Part shown: positions 1-8,578 of the stretch, piece by piece | How the letters are laid out: every line of letters starts with the position of its first letter | Numbering within the stretch: the first letter of the stretch is position 1 | Source of the DNA: an uncultured archaeon | GTDB taxonomy: Archaea; Iainarchaeota; Iainarchaeia; Iainarchaeales; JAAZKV01 | DNA length: 28,668 nucleotides | Reading direction: 5' to 3' | Assembly: GCA_964491675.1 (NCBI GenBank) | Contig: CAZBHA010000001.1 | Span: 2,346 to 31,013 of the forward strand | The notes under the pieces: model-generated | Database searches by the model: none | The model's input: only the letters and a program-made list of their open reading frames with translations | Told to the model about the DNA's origin: nothing | Translations under genes and position numbers: made by a program

Positions 1-1145
1 ACCCAAAAAATTGTTCTTTCATAAAATAAAACTGGTTGAGCTAAAACACGCGGATCAACATTACTAAATTCTACAATTTGTCCAGAAAATTTTGAAAGTA
101 ATGCTGACGACTTATTTAATTTTGATTCAATTTCATTTCTTGATAATCTAGCTTGTGCAATTAATTCTTTTACTTCTTCAATTGATTTTGCACCCAAAGT
201 TGCTTTCTCAAAAAGTGAGTCAACTTTTGCAAAATTTGAATTCATTTCTGAAGTTTCATCCCCAATATTTTGAGTTATATTAATTAATTGAAGTGAAATT
301 GTTTTCCATTCACTCATTTGGCTTTTTACTAAATTCAATTCATTAATTTGACTAAGTAGTAATTCTTTATCAGGCCCATCTCCCAAAGTATTACTAACAT
401 TTTGTAAATTTGAAGTAACTGCCGACAATGTAGAACTCGCCGCATCAATTTGTCCGGGCAATTTTTTTAAATTTTCTTTATTACTTAAAAGCGGACCTTT
501 TAGTGATTCATATTCTGCTTTAAATTTATTAAAAGAATTTTTTAAAGAATCAACATCATCCTCACCATACTCTACTTCTTTAAGTTTTGATTCTAAATCA
601 TTTAGTGTTACTTCTGCAGACGCAAGTTGTTTTTTAAAATCTTCAACATTTTTTATTTCTTCTTTAATATTTGATCCAAATGAAATTATTGTGCTCCAAA
701 TAGTGCTTAATTTTTCTTGAGTCATTTCAACTGTAACTCTTCCAACCATTGCCTTTGCAATTTCCATAAAAAAGCGAGATGAAAGTAAATTAGAATTATC
801 ATAAAATAAATCAACTCTTATTTGAGCATTTGGAGAAGTTCCAGAAACTTTTAAACCTACTAAAATATCTTTGGTTTTTACACTTTGAATTAATTCTTCT
901 TCAGAATTATATTCATTAATTGTTAAATTTGGAAAATTTCCAATATTTTCTATTATATTTGATTCAAAAGAAAGATTATTTAAAACACCCACTGAAATAT
1001 TTTGCCCCCCCGTTAAACTCATCCCAGAAAATGAAGATCCTAAAAGTCCAATTGCTAAAAAGGGATATAAAAAAATTAAAAGTAAAGCAATTTTTTGACT
1101 TTTTACAAGAGAAATTTCTTTCCAAATAATATCTAATAGTTTCAT
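1..1145 (-). CDS. ABC-2 type transporter permease with long extracellular coiled-coil region (partial, runs off left edge; missing from ORF track)
   Basis: Hand translation from ATG at 1145 (ATGA overlap with the ATPase stop) is open for 381 codons to the window edge: MKLLDIIWKEISLVKSQKIALLLIFLYPFLAIGLLGSSFSG..., then ISVGVLN, VDLFYDNSN, heptad-like helices and VDPRVLAQP. This is the typical ABC-2 permease N-terminus. Confidence 0.85.
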   Translation of the reverse strand, partial: MKLLDIIWKEISLVKSQKIALLLIFLYPFLAIGLLGSSFSGMSLTGGQNISVGVLNNLSFESNIIENIGNFPNLTINEYNSEEELIQSVKTKDILVGLKVSGTSPNAQIRVDLFYDNSNLLSSRFFMEIAKAMVGRVTVEMTQEKLSTIWSTIISFGSNIKEEIKNVEDFKKQLASAEVTLNDLESKLKEVEYGEDDVDSLKNSFNKFKAEYESLKGPLLSNKENLKKLPGQIDAASSTLSAVTSNLQNVSNTLGDGPDKELLLSQINELNLVKSQMSEWKTISLQLINITQNIGDETSEMNSNFAKVDSLFEKATLGAKSIEEVKELIAQARLSRNEIESKLNKSSALLSKFSGQIVEFSNVDPRVLAQPVLFYERTIFW

Positions 1146-2080
1146 TTTTCAACCGCCATTTTTTCACCAGTTATATTCAAAAACACATCTTCCAAGCTTG
1201 GTTCTTTTGTAGTTGATGATTTAATATCATATCCTTTTTCAATTAACCAGTCAGTTATTGCAAGCATTTTTTCTAAACTGTGCTTTTGTTCAAATGGAAT
1301 AAATAAAGTATTATTTTTTGTAAATACTGAACTTTGATTTAAAACTTTTTTTATTTTTAAAATATCTTCTTCTTTGTAACCATTACTAACTTCAAGAATC
1401 ATTACTTTTATTCCACCATATTTTTCAATTAATTCTCCAGGTGTTCCAATAGCTAAAAGTTCTCCTTTTTTTAGTAGTACAATTTTATCACACAAGTATT
1501 CTGCTTCATCCATGTAGTGCGTAGTAAGAATTATTGTTTTTCCGTTTCTTTTTAATTCTCCAATTTTATCCCAAAACATTTTTCGCATTTTTGGATCAAG
1601 TCCAACTGTTGGTTCATCAAGAAATATTATTTCAGGATCGTTTAATATTGAAAGAGCAATATTGAGTAGTCTTTGATATCCCCCACTTAAAAAACTAGCT
1701 TTTGTTTTTCTAAAATCTTTTAAATTAAGCCAATCAAGTAAAAACTCAACTCTTTCTTTTATTATTTTTTTATTTAATCCTAAAATACTTGCAAAAAAAA
1801 GCATGTTTTTTTCTACACTAAAATCTTGGTAAAATGCAGTGTCTTGTGGAACTAGCGCAACTTTTGTTTTTAAATTAACTTTTTTTCCTTCAAAAAATAC
1901 AATACTTCCAGAGGTTTGTTTTTCTAGCCCTAGCATTATTTTTGTAATAGTTGATTTTCCCGCACCATTACTTCCAAGTAGTCCAAAAATTTCTCCACTT
2001 TTTATATCAAAACTAATTCCTTTTAAAATTTCTTTTGCGCCGTACTTTTTAGTAATATCTTTAACTGCAATAATGCTCAT
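1142..2080 (-). CDS. ABC transporter ATP-binding protein (ABC-2/DrrA-like exporter family)
   Basis: Walker A GSNGAGKST, signature LSGGYQR, Walker B IIFLDEPT, H-loop TTHYM, C-terminal EPSLEDVFL motif. Confidence 0.95.
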   Translation of the reverse strand: MSIIAVKDITKKYGAKEILKGISFDIKSGEIFGLLGSNGAGKSTITKIMLGLEKQTSGSIVFFEGKKVNLKTKVALVPQDTAFYQDFSVEKNMLFFASILGLNKKIIKERVEFLLDWLNLKDFRKTKASFLSGGYQRLLNIALSILNDPEIIFLDEPTVGLDPKMRKMFWDKIGELKRNGKTIILTTHYMDEAEYLCDKIVLLKKGELLAIGTPGELIEKYGGIKVMILEVSNGYKEEDILKIKKVLNQSSVFTKNNTLFIPFEQKHSLEKMLAITDWLIEKGYDIKSSTTKEPSLEDVFLNITGEKMAVEK

Positions 2081-2166
2081 TTTAATCCAACTAAGTAAGT
2101 AAAAAGTAGTATAAAAATATACTTTTAGTTAAAAATAAACAAATCCAAATTAAAAAAATAAAGTAG

Positions 2167-2250
2167 TTTATTAAAAAAACTTAAAAAATAATTTATTAAA
2201 AAAATTAAAAATATTTTATTAAAAGATTTAAAATATTTTATTAAAAAAAG
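2167..2250. repeat. Imperfect AT-rich tandem repeat, about 3.5 copies of 22-25 nt
   Basis: Units start at 2167, 2192, 2215 and 2237, each TTTATTAAAA...; the three complete units end in (T)TAAAA(A)ATA(T/A). No spacers. Confidence 0.5.
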
Positions 2251-2280
2251 AAAAATGTTTTGTTGAAAGGTTTAAAAATT

Positions 2281-2312
2281 AAAAAAAAGAAATGAGAGGA
2301 TTTCTCCTCTCA
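2281..2312 (-). terminator. Hairpin plus U-tract intrinsic-type terminator of the surface protein gene
   Basis: Minus strand reads TGAGAGGA-GAAA-TCCTCTCA then TTTCTTTTTTTT, starting 11 nt after the stop at 2324. Confidence 0.7.
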
Positions 2313-2323
2313 ATTAAATTATT

Positions 2324-4084
2324 TTAGTTAATTATATTTAAATTAACATAATAAAACTGATCCACTACATCATAAGCCACATCTTTTAACAAAATTGAAT
2401 TTTTAATGTAGTTATTTCCAAAAATATCTTTTAAATCAGATGGGGCTTGCGCATTAACTATTTTAATTACAATATCATCTGATTTCAATTCAAATTTTGA
2501 TTCAAAAAATGCACTTTGTTGGGTTTCGTAAACATCTACTAAAACTAGAGTTAAACTTTGCCCATTAAAATCAGTCCCACCATCAACTAAAATACTTTCT
2601 CCAACTTTTAACATTGTTGGAGCAGAGTCAACTGAATCAAAGCCAAATCTTTGTGTATTATACCCTTGTCTAAATAACGGAAAATTAAAATCTTTAACTT
2701 GTCCATTAAATTCTAAACGGATTGTATAAATATATGAAAGCAAGTTTTCTAAATCACTCGCACTATATAATCCTTGACTCGCAGAATATGGATTTACACC
2801 AAACAGTTCTTCCCAAGTAATCCCATTGTAGTCATAACAGTTAGTCCCTTGATTAATTGAACTAAAATAACAAATAGAATATACTTTCACTTGACTTGAA
2901 TTAATTAACTGTCTATCAGCGTCAAGAACTGAGATCCTTAACAATGATCCTCTTCTTGCTTTGACTTCAGTTACTGCATTTTCAGAATCAATTGTTACAG
3001 TTTCGTTTATTGTATATGGAATTTCATTTGAATTAAAATCTCCAAACCCAAGTTGTATTGCATAATCCCCATATGCTTTATTTTCTAAATTAATTTTTAA
3101 ATCAGAGTTTAAAATTACACTTTCACAACTCCAATTTGATGTTTTACAAATTTGAACTTCTTTTCCTTCAAGTAAAAACATTTGACTAGAATAGTCGCTT
3201 CGTTCATTTCCAGCAACAATATTTATTTCTAAATTTCCTGTTTTTATTGGAGTACTATTTCTCAAAACAAAATTATATTCAGTATATTTATAATACATCG
3301 AACCCCAAATCTGTCTCGTATCAAACTCATAACCTTTTTTATTTATAACAACTTTATAGTAAACATTTTTGTTGTCCATTGGAGAAGGTTGCCAAACATA
3401 AAACAAAGCATTCATTTCTTCATCAGAATTAAAATACATTGAATTATATAGGCCTTCATAAGTTTCATATTGACCATTATGCCAACTTTCTTCAACATAG
3501 TAAAGCTCAATTGTACCTTCACCAGTTAAAGACCTTCCCATTTCATCAACTGCTTTTATTCTAACAGCAGGATTAGATGGACTCAAAGTCAAATTAACAT
3601 ATTTGTCTCCATTTTCTTTAACTATAATTTTTTCTGAAACTGCTCTATAAGCATAATCAGTAGTTCTTGCTTCAAAATAATATTCACCTTGTTCTAAATT
3701 ACTTAAAACAACTTGTCTATTACCATATTTTTCAACAGGAATTGATCCTGAACTTGAATCATTAAAAGAAATATGTAAGTTCTTATTAGTAGAACCATAC
3801 CAATTATCTCCTAATCTTGAAGTTAAATTTTGAGAAATATTAGCATAAACATCTTTACTATGGTACCAATACAAATAAATTTCTCCATCTGCATCATAAG
3901 CACCATTAATACTTACAATAACATCCCCATCTACTTTCACAGCACAATCAGTAGGACAAGTTAATTCTTCACCAGGTGAACAAATACCATCCCCACAAAT
4001 TGCTGAACTAGTCCCAGTACAACCAAGTAAAAATAAAGTTGTAAAAAACAAAACTAGTAAAAAAATTAATTTATTTTTTATCAT
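2324..4084 (-). CDS. Large secreted/lipid-anchored cell-surface protein (S-layer-like C-terminal domain, Cys-rich CGDG motif)
   Basis: ATG at 4084 follows GGAGGT (better than the GTG at 4099). Signal peptide MIKNKLIFLLVLFFTTLFLLGC with a lipobox-like LLGC, then CGDGICSPGEELTCPTDC and beta-rich N/Y/S/T-rich domains. Confidence 0.7.
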   Translation of the reverse strand: MIKNKLIFLLVLFFTTLFLLGCTGTSSAICGDGICSPGEELTCPTDCAVKVDGDVIVSINGAYDADGEIYLYWYHSKDVYANISQNLTSRLGDNWYGSTNKNLHISFNDSSSGSIPVEKYGNRQVVLSNLEQGEYYFEARTTDYAYRAVSEKIIVKENGDKYVNLTLSPSNPAVRIKAVDEMGRSLTGEGTIELYYVEESWHNGQYETYEGLYNSMYFNSDEEMNALFYVWQPSPMDNKNVYYKVVINKKGYEFDTRQIWGSMYYKYTEYNFVLRNSTPIKTGNLEINIVAGNERSDYSSQMFLLEGKEVQICKTSNWSCESVILNSDLKINLENKAYGDYAIQLGFGDFNSNEIPYTINETVTIDSENAVTEVKARRGSLLRISVLDADRQLINSSQVKVYSICYFSSINQGTNCYDYNGITWEELFGVNPYSASQGLYSASDLENLLSYIYTIRLEFNGQVKDFNFPLFRQGYNTQRFGFDSVDSAPTMLKVGESILVDGGTDFNGQSLTLVLVDVYETQQSAFFESKFELKSDDIVIKIVNAQAPSDLKDIFGNNYIKNSILLKDVAYDVVDQFYYVNLNIIN

Positions 4085-4137
4085 TAAAATAACCTCCACA
4101 AAATGATATTTAATTAACTAAATATGGTTAAAAACTA

Positions 4138-4153
4138 TATTTAAAGGTTGTGC
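4138..4153 (-). promoter_or_regulatory. Putative archaeal TATA box with upstream CA-rich element
   Basis: Minus strand TGCACAACC-TTTAAATA, about 54 nt upstream of ATG 4084. Confidence 0.5.
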
Positions 4154-4211
4154 AAAAAAAGAAAAAATATAAACAACTAATAATAATTCACAAAAAAAAA
4201 TTAATAAAAAA

Positions 4212-4955
4212 TTAGTTGCTTTCAATTCTTGGTGCTAAAAAATAAGTAATACTAGCTTCGCCAACTAAATAAGAAATTTTTACAGGAGCATTTGTTTTTA
4301 TAAAAAGAGTCAAATTTTCACTAGCACTTGCTGCTTTTACCATGTCTTGTAAATAATCAAGCGGAAACATACTTTTGCATTCAGTTTTTACTTTTAATTC
4401 AGACAAATTTTCTTTATCTTTTTTTACTTCTTCAACTAAATTTCCTTTACTAGAATTTGCTTTAATATAAAATAATTCATCACTACAACCCAGAGTAATA
4501 TGCGAACTAATTAGTGCAGCATCTTTAAATGCACTTTGTAAAAATCCCGCGTTAATTATTAATTCAGAATCAAATTCAATTTTAGGAGTTGGAACTTCAC
4601 TACTTGAAATATCAATTAAAGGGACTTGAAATGATCTTTCTGCCCTACCAATAAATTTAACATTTAAAAATGCTTTTTTTTCGTCTAGAGTTAATACTAA
4701 TTTGTCAGAACTTTGAGATCTAGATAATACTTGATTTAAATAATCTAAATCAAGACCAAGCCTTGTTTCTTCACAACTAAATTTTTCAAATGCTTTTTTT
4801 GGCATTGAAAAATCAACCATTGATATTTGAGAAGGATCAGTCGCTTTTAACTCTAAACCGTCTTCTTTTACAATTAATTCAGCTTCGTCAATTAAAATAG
4901 AAATAGCTTCAATGCTTTTCTTAAAAATTGTCGCGTCAGTTAACACAAGTTCCAT
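4212..4955 (-). CDS. pcn: DNA polymerase sliding clamp PCNA
   Basis: 247 aa. Motifs ATDPSQISMVDF, LGLDLDYL, SFQVPLID and C-terminal YFLAPRIE are diagnostic of archaeal PCNA. Confidence 0.97.
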   Translation of the reverse strand: MELVLTDATIFKKSIEAISILIDEAELIVKEDGLELKATDPSQISMVDFSMPKKAFEKFSCEETRLGLDLDYLNQVLSRSQSSDKLVLTLDEKKAFLNVKFIGRAERSFQVPLIDISSSEVPTPKIEFDSELIINAGFLQSAFKDAALISSHITLGCSDELFYIKANSSKGNLVEEVKKDKENLSELKVKTECKSMFPLDYLQDMVKAASASENLTLFIKTNAPVKISYLVGEASITYFLAPRIESN

Positions 4956-5013
4956 AATATCTATTAATACTCAAAGCCAAATAAGTTTAAAAAGAATACC
5001 AAAAAAATCAATT

Positions 5014-5544
5014 TTACTCTTGACGTTTATAATCAATTATCTTACCACTATTGTCTAAAACCAGTAATAAGTTAGTCCCACTAATTTCAACAAGAACTTC
5101 AAAATTGTTTTCTTTTGATTTAAAATCAAGTATATTTACTTCGGTTTGAAGTTGATCTTGGATTTTTGGTTTAAATTTTTTTATTAAAATTTCTTTTAAA
5201 GAAATTGTTTTTTTTGTTTCAACAAAAGCACTTTGTTTTTTATTATTTACAACTTCTTCTTTTTTAGAATTATTATTTTCAACAACATTTTGAAAAGTAC
5301 TAATTCCTTTCGCATTTTTATTTCTTAAAAATTCAACTCTTTTTAATAAATTAATTGCTTCTCTTTCTTCTTTTGTTTTTCTATTAAATATAAATAATAA
5401 AATTAAAGCAACTGCAAATAAAACAATTGCAATTAATATTATTTGAATTGAAAAAATAGCAATTTCTTCATTAGTTAAAGTAGAAAAATTAATTAAGTAA
5501 TTTAAAAAATTTGGAAACTCAAAAACTGCTTTATTCAAATCCAT
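5014..5544 (-). CDS. Hypothetical single-pass membrane protein
   Basis: Hydrophobic segment IAIFSIQIILIAIVLFAVALILLFIF, a charged linker and a small C-terminal alpha/beta domain. Confidence 0.65.
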   Translation of the reverse strand: MDLNKAVFEFPNFLNYLINFSTLTNEEIAIFSIQIILIAIVLFAVALILLFIFNRKTKEEREAINLLKRVEFLRNKNAKGISTFQNVVENNNSKKEEVVNNKKQSAFVETKKTISLKEILIKKFKPKIQDQLQTEVNILDFKSKENNFEVLVEISGTNLLLVLDNSGKIIDYKRQE

Positions 5545-5603
5545 AATGATTACTTAGTATTTTGTTTAATAAAAACTTTACTTTTAACTTTTTTAAAATA
5601 ATT

Positions 5604-6407
5604 TTAGCAAACTCCGCTAAAATCTTTTGGTAAATTTCCAGTAAAAATTAAACTCGATAAATTATCAACTAACCATAATTTTATGCACCCAACAACAGGA
5701 ATTTTTCCAAACGCAACTCCTTGTATTTCACTTGTATTAATTGGTTTAAAAGTAATACAAGGTTTTTCACTAATTCCTCTTAAGGCATCAATTTTTCCGC
5801 AATCTTGATCAAAAGTAATATTTGTTAAATAATTATCTCCTTTTGTTAAAACAAAATTTCCATCCATAGCAATTATTTTCGCAATACTTCTATGAATTAT
5901 TGGTTGGTTATGAACTGGTGAATTTGGTTGAAATGCAGAATAAACAATTATTGATGCATCTTCTTTTGGAATAACTTCAACTCCATTTTCAAAAACTAGT
6001 TTTTCAAGCAAATTATTTTTATAAACAGGCGTAACAAATTCAAATGCAATTTTATTTTCTAAATCAAAATCAACTTTAATTTCTGGACCAAAATAATCAT
6101 TTTGATTAACTGATCTAAGCGCAATAACATCTCCTCTAAATAAATTAGGTTGCATGCTTGCAGAATATACTATTACTAGCGGAGTTGTTGTTTGAAATAG
6201 AAAACTTAAAAGTAAATAAATTAAAAGTGCAAAAATTGCTGCAAAAAAAACATTAACCAAGTTTTCAACTAATTTAGAATCAGTAAATAATTTTACTTTT
6301 GGCATTACAAAAAGATCAACATAAGTAAATGGATCTAACCATTTTAATTTTTCTTTTAAAGAAGAAAACTTATTTTTTTCTTTTTTATTTTTTTCAAATT
6401 TTGCCAT
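5604..6407 (-). CDS. Signal peptidase I (S26 family, archaeal Ser-His type)
   Basis: TM helix followed by VIVYSASMQPNLFRGD (catalytic Ser), IIHR and TKGDN boxes. Start placed at MAKFEK (6407). Confidence 0.9.
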   Translation of the reverse strand: MAKFEKNKKEKNKFSSLKEKLKWLDPFTYVDLFVMPKVKLFTDSKLVENLVNVFFAAIFALLIYLLLSFLFQTTTPLVIVYSASMQPNLFRGDVIALRSVNQNDYFGPEIKVDFDLENKIAFEFVTPVYKNNLLEKLVFENGVEVIPKEDASIIVYSAFQPNSPVHNQPIIHRSIAKIIAMDGNFVLTKGDNYLTNITFDQDCGKIDALRGISEKPCITFKPINTSEIQGVAFGKIPVVGCIKLWLVDNLSSLIFTGNLPKDFSGVC

Positions 6408-6427
6408 AAAAAAAATTAGTTGCAATA

Positions 6428-6447
6428 CTTTTTAAGGGGTGTGTGTT
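6428..6447 (-). promoter_or_regulatory. Putative TATA box with CA-rich upstream element
   Basis: Minus strand AACACACACCCC-TTAAAAAG, 21-28 nt upstream of ATG 6407, consistent with a leaderless transcript. Confidence 0.4.
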
Positions 6448-6504
6448 GACTATTTTATTTAATAAATTTATAATTAACTTTTTTTATTTTAAATTATTTA
6501 TTTT

Positions 6505-7470
6505 TTATTGTTTTATTTTTTCCTTACCATAAATTGCAACTGCAACAATTATTACTAACAGATAAATAAATCCTAAAATAAAATGTAAATCAACAAAGCC
6601 CATAATTCCAACGCCTTCAACTACAGCCCCATAAAGAATTGAAAAAAATGCTAAAAATGTTAAAAACGCAACATCTTTTAGAATAATAAAAACTTCGCTT
6701 TTTAAAAAAGTTCCTCTAGAAATCATTGCTGAAAGTAAAGTTCCTGCTAGCGCTGCAAAAATATAACCAAATAATTCTGGCGGACCGTGCCCTATTAACA
6801 TACTTTGTAAAAAACCAATCCAAACAATGTGCGCCCCCATTAAAAAAAGTTCCCCAAAAAATATTCCAAGAATTGAAGCATTCCAAACAATAATAAAAAT
6901 TGCCCCTGCCCCATACAAAAGTGAAAGTATTAAAACAAAAATTAAAACACGAGTATTATTTTCAAATACATATAATGAACAAGAAAATACTTCTCTAGTG
7001 TTAGGATTTTTACAAGAATCAAACGCTGAAGCACTGAAATTTGCAACTATTGAATTTGGAACTCCCCCCACACAATTTGCACTATCTGAAATTGAACAAA
7101 ACGCATTTATTTGTTCAGAAAATAAAGTAGTTCGCAGTTCTGCAGGAGATAATGAGTAAACTACTGCAAAAGCAAAAACTACTCCAACAAAAATCCAAAC
7201 ATAAAGCATTATTACATTAAAATGCCTTGCAAAAAAAGTTGCAGCACTTTTTCTATGCATTATTTCATCATATTGTTCTCTTGCAAAAACATTATGAATT
7301 ATTGGAACAAGCCCTATAGTAATAAATGCTGTTGCAAGAACACTAGAATATGATTGAAATACTTGATAAGCTGCAATAATTCCGCCCACAGAAACTAAAA
7401 ATGCAACAAAAAAAATCAGTACGGGGTGCTTTCTAACATTAGCTTCCCCAATAATTGCTTCTAAAACCAT
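6505..7470 (-). CDS. Stage II sporulation protein M (SpoIIM)-like multi-pass membrane protein
   Basis: Many TM helices; motifs VFENNTRV, IIVWNASILG, HGPPELFGYIFAALAG and AVVEG match the SpoIIM family pattern. ATG at 7470. Confidence 0.75.
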   Translation of the reverse strand: MVLEAIIGEANVRKHPVLIFFVAFLVSVGGIIAAYQVFQSYSSVLATAFITIGLVPIIHNVFAREQYDEIMHRKSAATFFARHFNVIMLYVWIFVGVVFAFAVVYSLSPAELRTTLFSEQINAFCSISDSANCVGGVPNSIVANFSASAFDSCKNPNTREVFSCSLYVFENNTRVLIFVLILSLLYGAGAIFIIVWNASILGIFFGELFLMGAHIVWIGFLQSMLIGHGPPELFGYIFAALAGTLLSAMISRGTFLKSEVFIILKDVAFLTFLAFFSILYGAVVEGVGIMGFVDLHFILGFIYLLVIIVAVAIYGKEKIKQ

Positions 7471-7566
7471 CTTCAATCACAGTATTTATATACCTTTCAT
7501 AAACTAATTTATTTTAGATATATATAATGATTACTGTGTATTGTAACTAATAAAGTGGTGAGTAAG

Positions 7567-8277
7567 ATGACAAAAAAAATTTATTTTCCTGGTGAAGAAA
7601 TAGCTATTGAAGAAGAATATTCTGCAGGGAAAAAAACTTTTGAAGAAAATGGTTCAATAAAAGCAAGTGTTTATGGTGAATTAATACTTGATGATATGAA
7701 TCGAGAAGCTGATATTAAGGGAAAAATGCTTGAAGCAGTAGATATTGGCGATATTGTTTATGGAAAAATAACAACAATAAAAGAATCAAGTGCAGTAGTT
7801 GAATTAATCAAAGCAGAAAACAATAAAGTTTTATGCAATACACGTGCACAACTTCCAGTTAGAAATGTTTCAAAAGAATATGTTACTAATTTAAGCGAAT
7901 ACTATAAAGTTGGTGATTTTTTAAAAGCAAGAATCAGCAATGTTGATAAATATTCAACAGATATTGCAACTAATGAAACTGGACTAGGAGTAATGAACGC
8001 TTATTGTTCAAAATGTAAAAATAATTTAAGTTATTCAAACGAAAAAATGATGTGCTTAAATTGCGGAAACGTAGAAACTAGAAAATGGTTTGAAAAAGAA
8101 GATGTTCGAAAAGAAAGAACAGATGGTGGACATAGACCAAGTTTTAGTAGAGACGGCCCAAGAGGATTTGATAGAAATAACAAATTCCCTAGAAATAATA
8201 ATCGGGGCAATTTTAACAATAATAGAAATGGTAATAAATTTAGTGGAAGAAATAATTTTAGGAGTGGTAGAAGATGA
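7567..8277 (+). CDS. csl4: Exosome complex RNA-binding protein Csl4 with C-terminal low-complexity extension
   Basis: PGEEIA N-terminus, S1 domain (GDIVYGKI, GDFLKARI), Zn ribbon CSKC...CLNC then ETRK, adjacent to rpoL as in many archaea. ATG 7567 follows GGTGA. Confidence 0.9.
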   Translation: MTKKIYFPGEEIAIEEEYSAGKKTFEENGSIKASVYGELILDDMNREADIKGKMLEAVDIGDIVYGKITTIKESSAVVELIKAENNKVLCNTRAQLPVRNVSKEYVTNLSEYYKVGDFLKARISNVDKYSTDIATNETGLGVMNAYCSKCKNNLSYSNEKMMCLNCGNVETRKWFEKEDVRKERTDGGHRPSFSRDGPRGFDRNNKFPRNNNRGNFNNNRNGNKFSGRNNFRSGRR

Positions 8278-8540
8278 AACTAGAAATTGTAACAAACCAA
8301 AAAGATAATTTAGAATTCTATATAGAAGGAGAAAGACACACTTTAACAAATTTGTTGAAAGAAAAACTATCTGAAAACGAAAGTGTTGATTTTGTTGCTT
8401 ATCGTTTAGACCATCCTTCAGATACTAAAGCAAAATTTATTTTAAAAGCAAAAAATGCAAAAAAAGTACTTATTGATACTTTAAAAGAAATAGAAAAAGA
8501 ACTTGATAGTTTTAAAAAAGAATTTAGTAAAGCAAACTAA
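8274..8540 (+). CDS. rpoL: DNA-directed RNA polymerase subunit L (Rpo11)
   Basis: EGERHTLTNLL and FVAYRLDHP motifs; ATGA overlap with csl4. Confidence 0.95.
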   Translation: MKLEIVTNQKDNLEFYIEGERHTLTNLLKEKLSENESVDFVAYRLDHPSDTKAKFILKAKNAKKVLIDTLKEIEKELDSFKKEFSKAN

Positions 8541-8578
8541 ATTCTAATTTTTTAAATTAAAAACTTTTAAAAAAAAGT

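Noticed and set aside
2167-2250. Possible CRISPR array
   Set aside because: Units are adjacent, degenerate and variable in length, with no unique spacers and no cas genes nearby.
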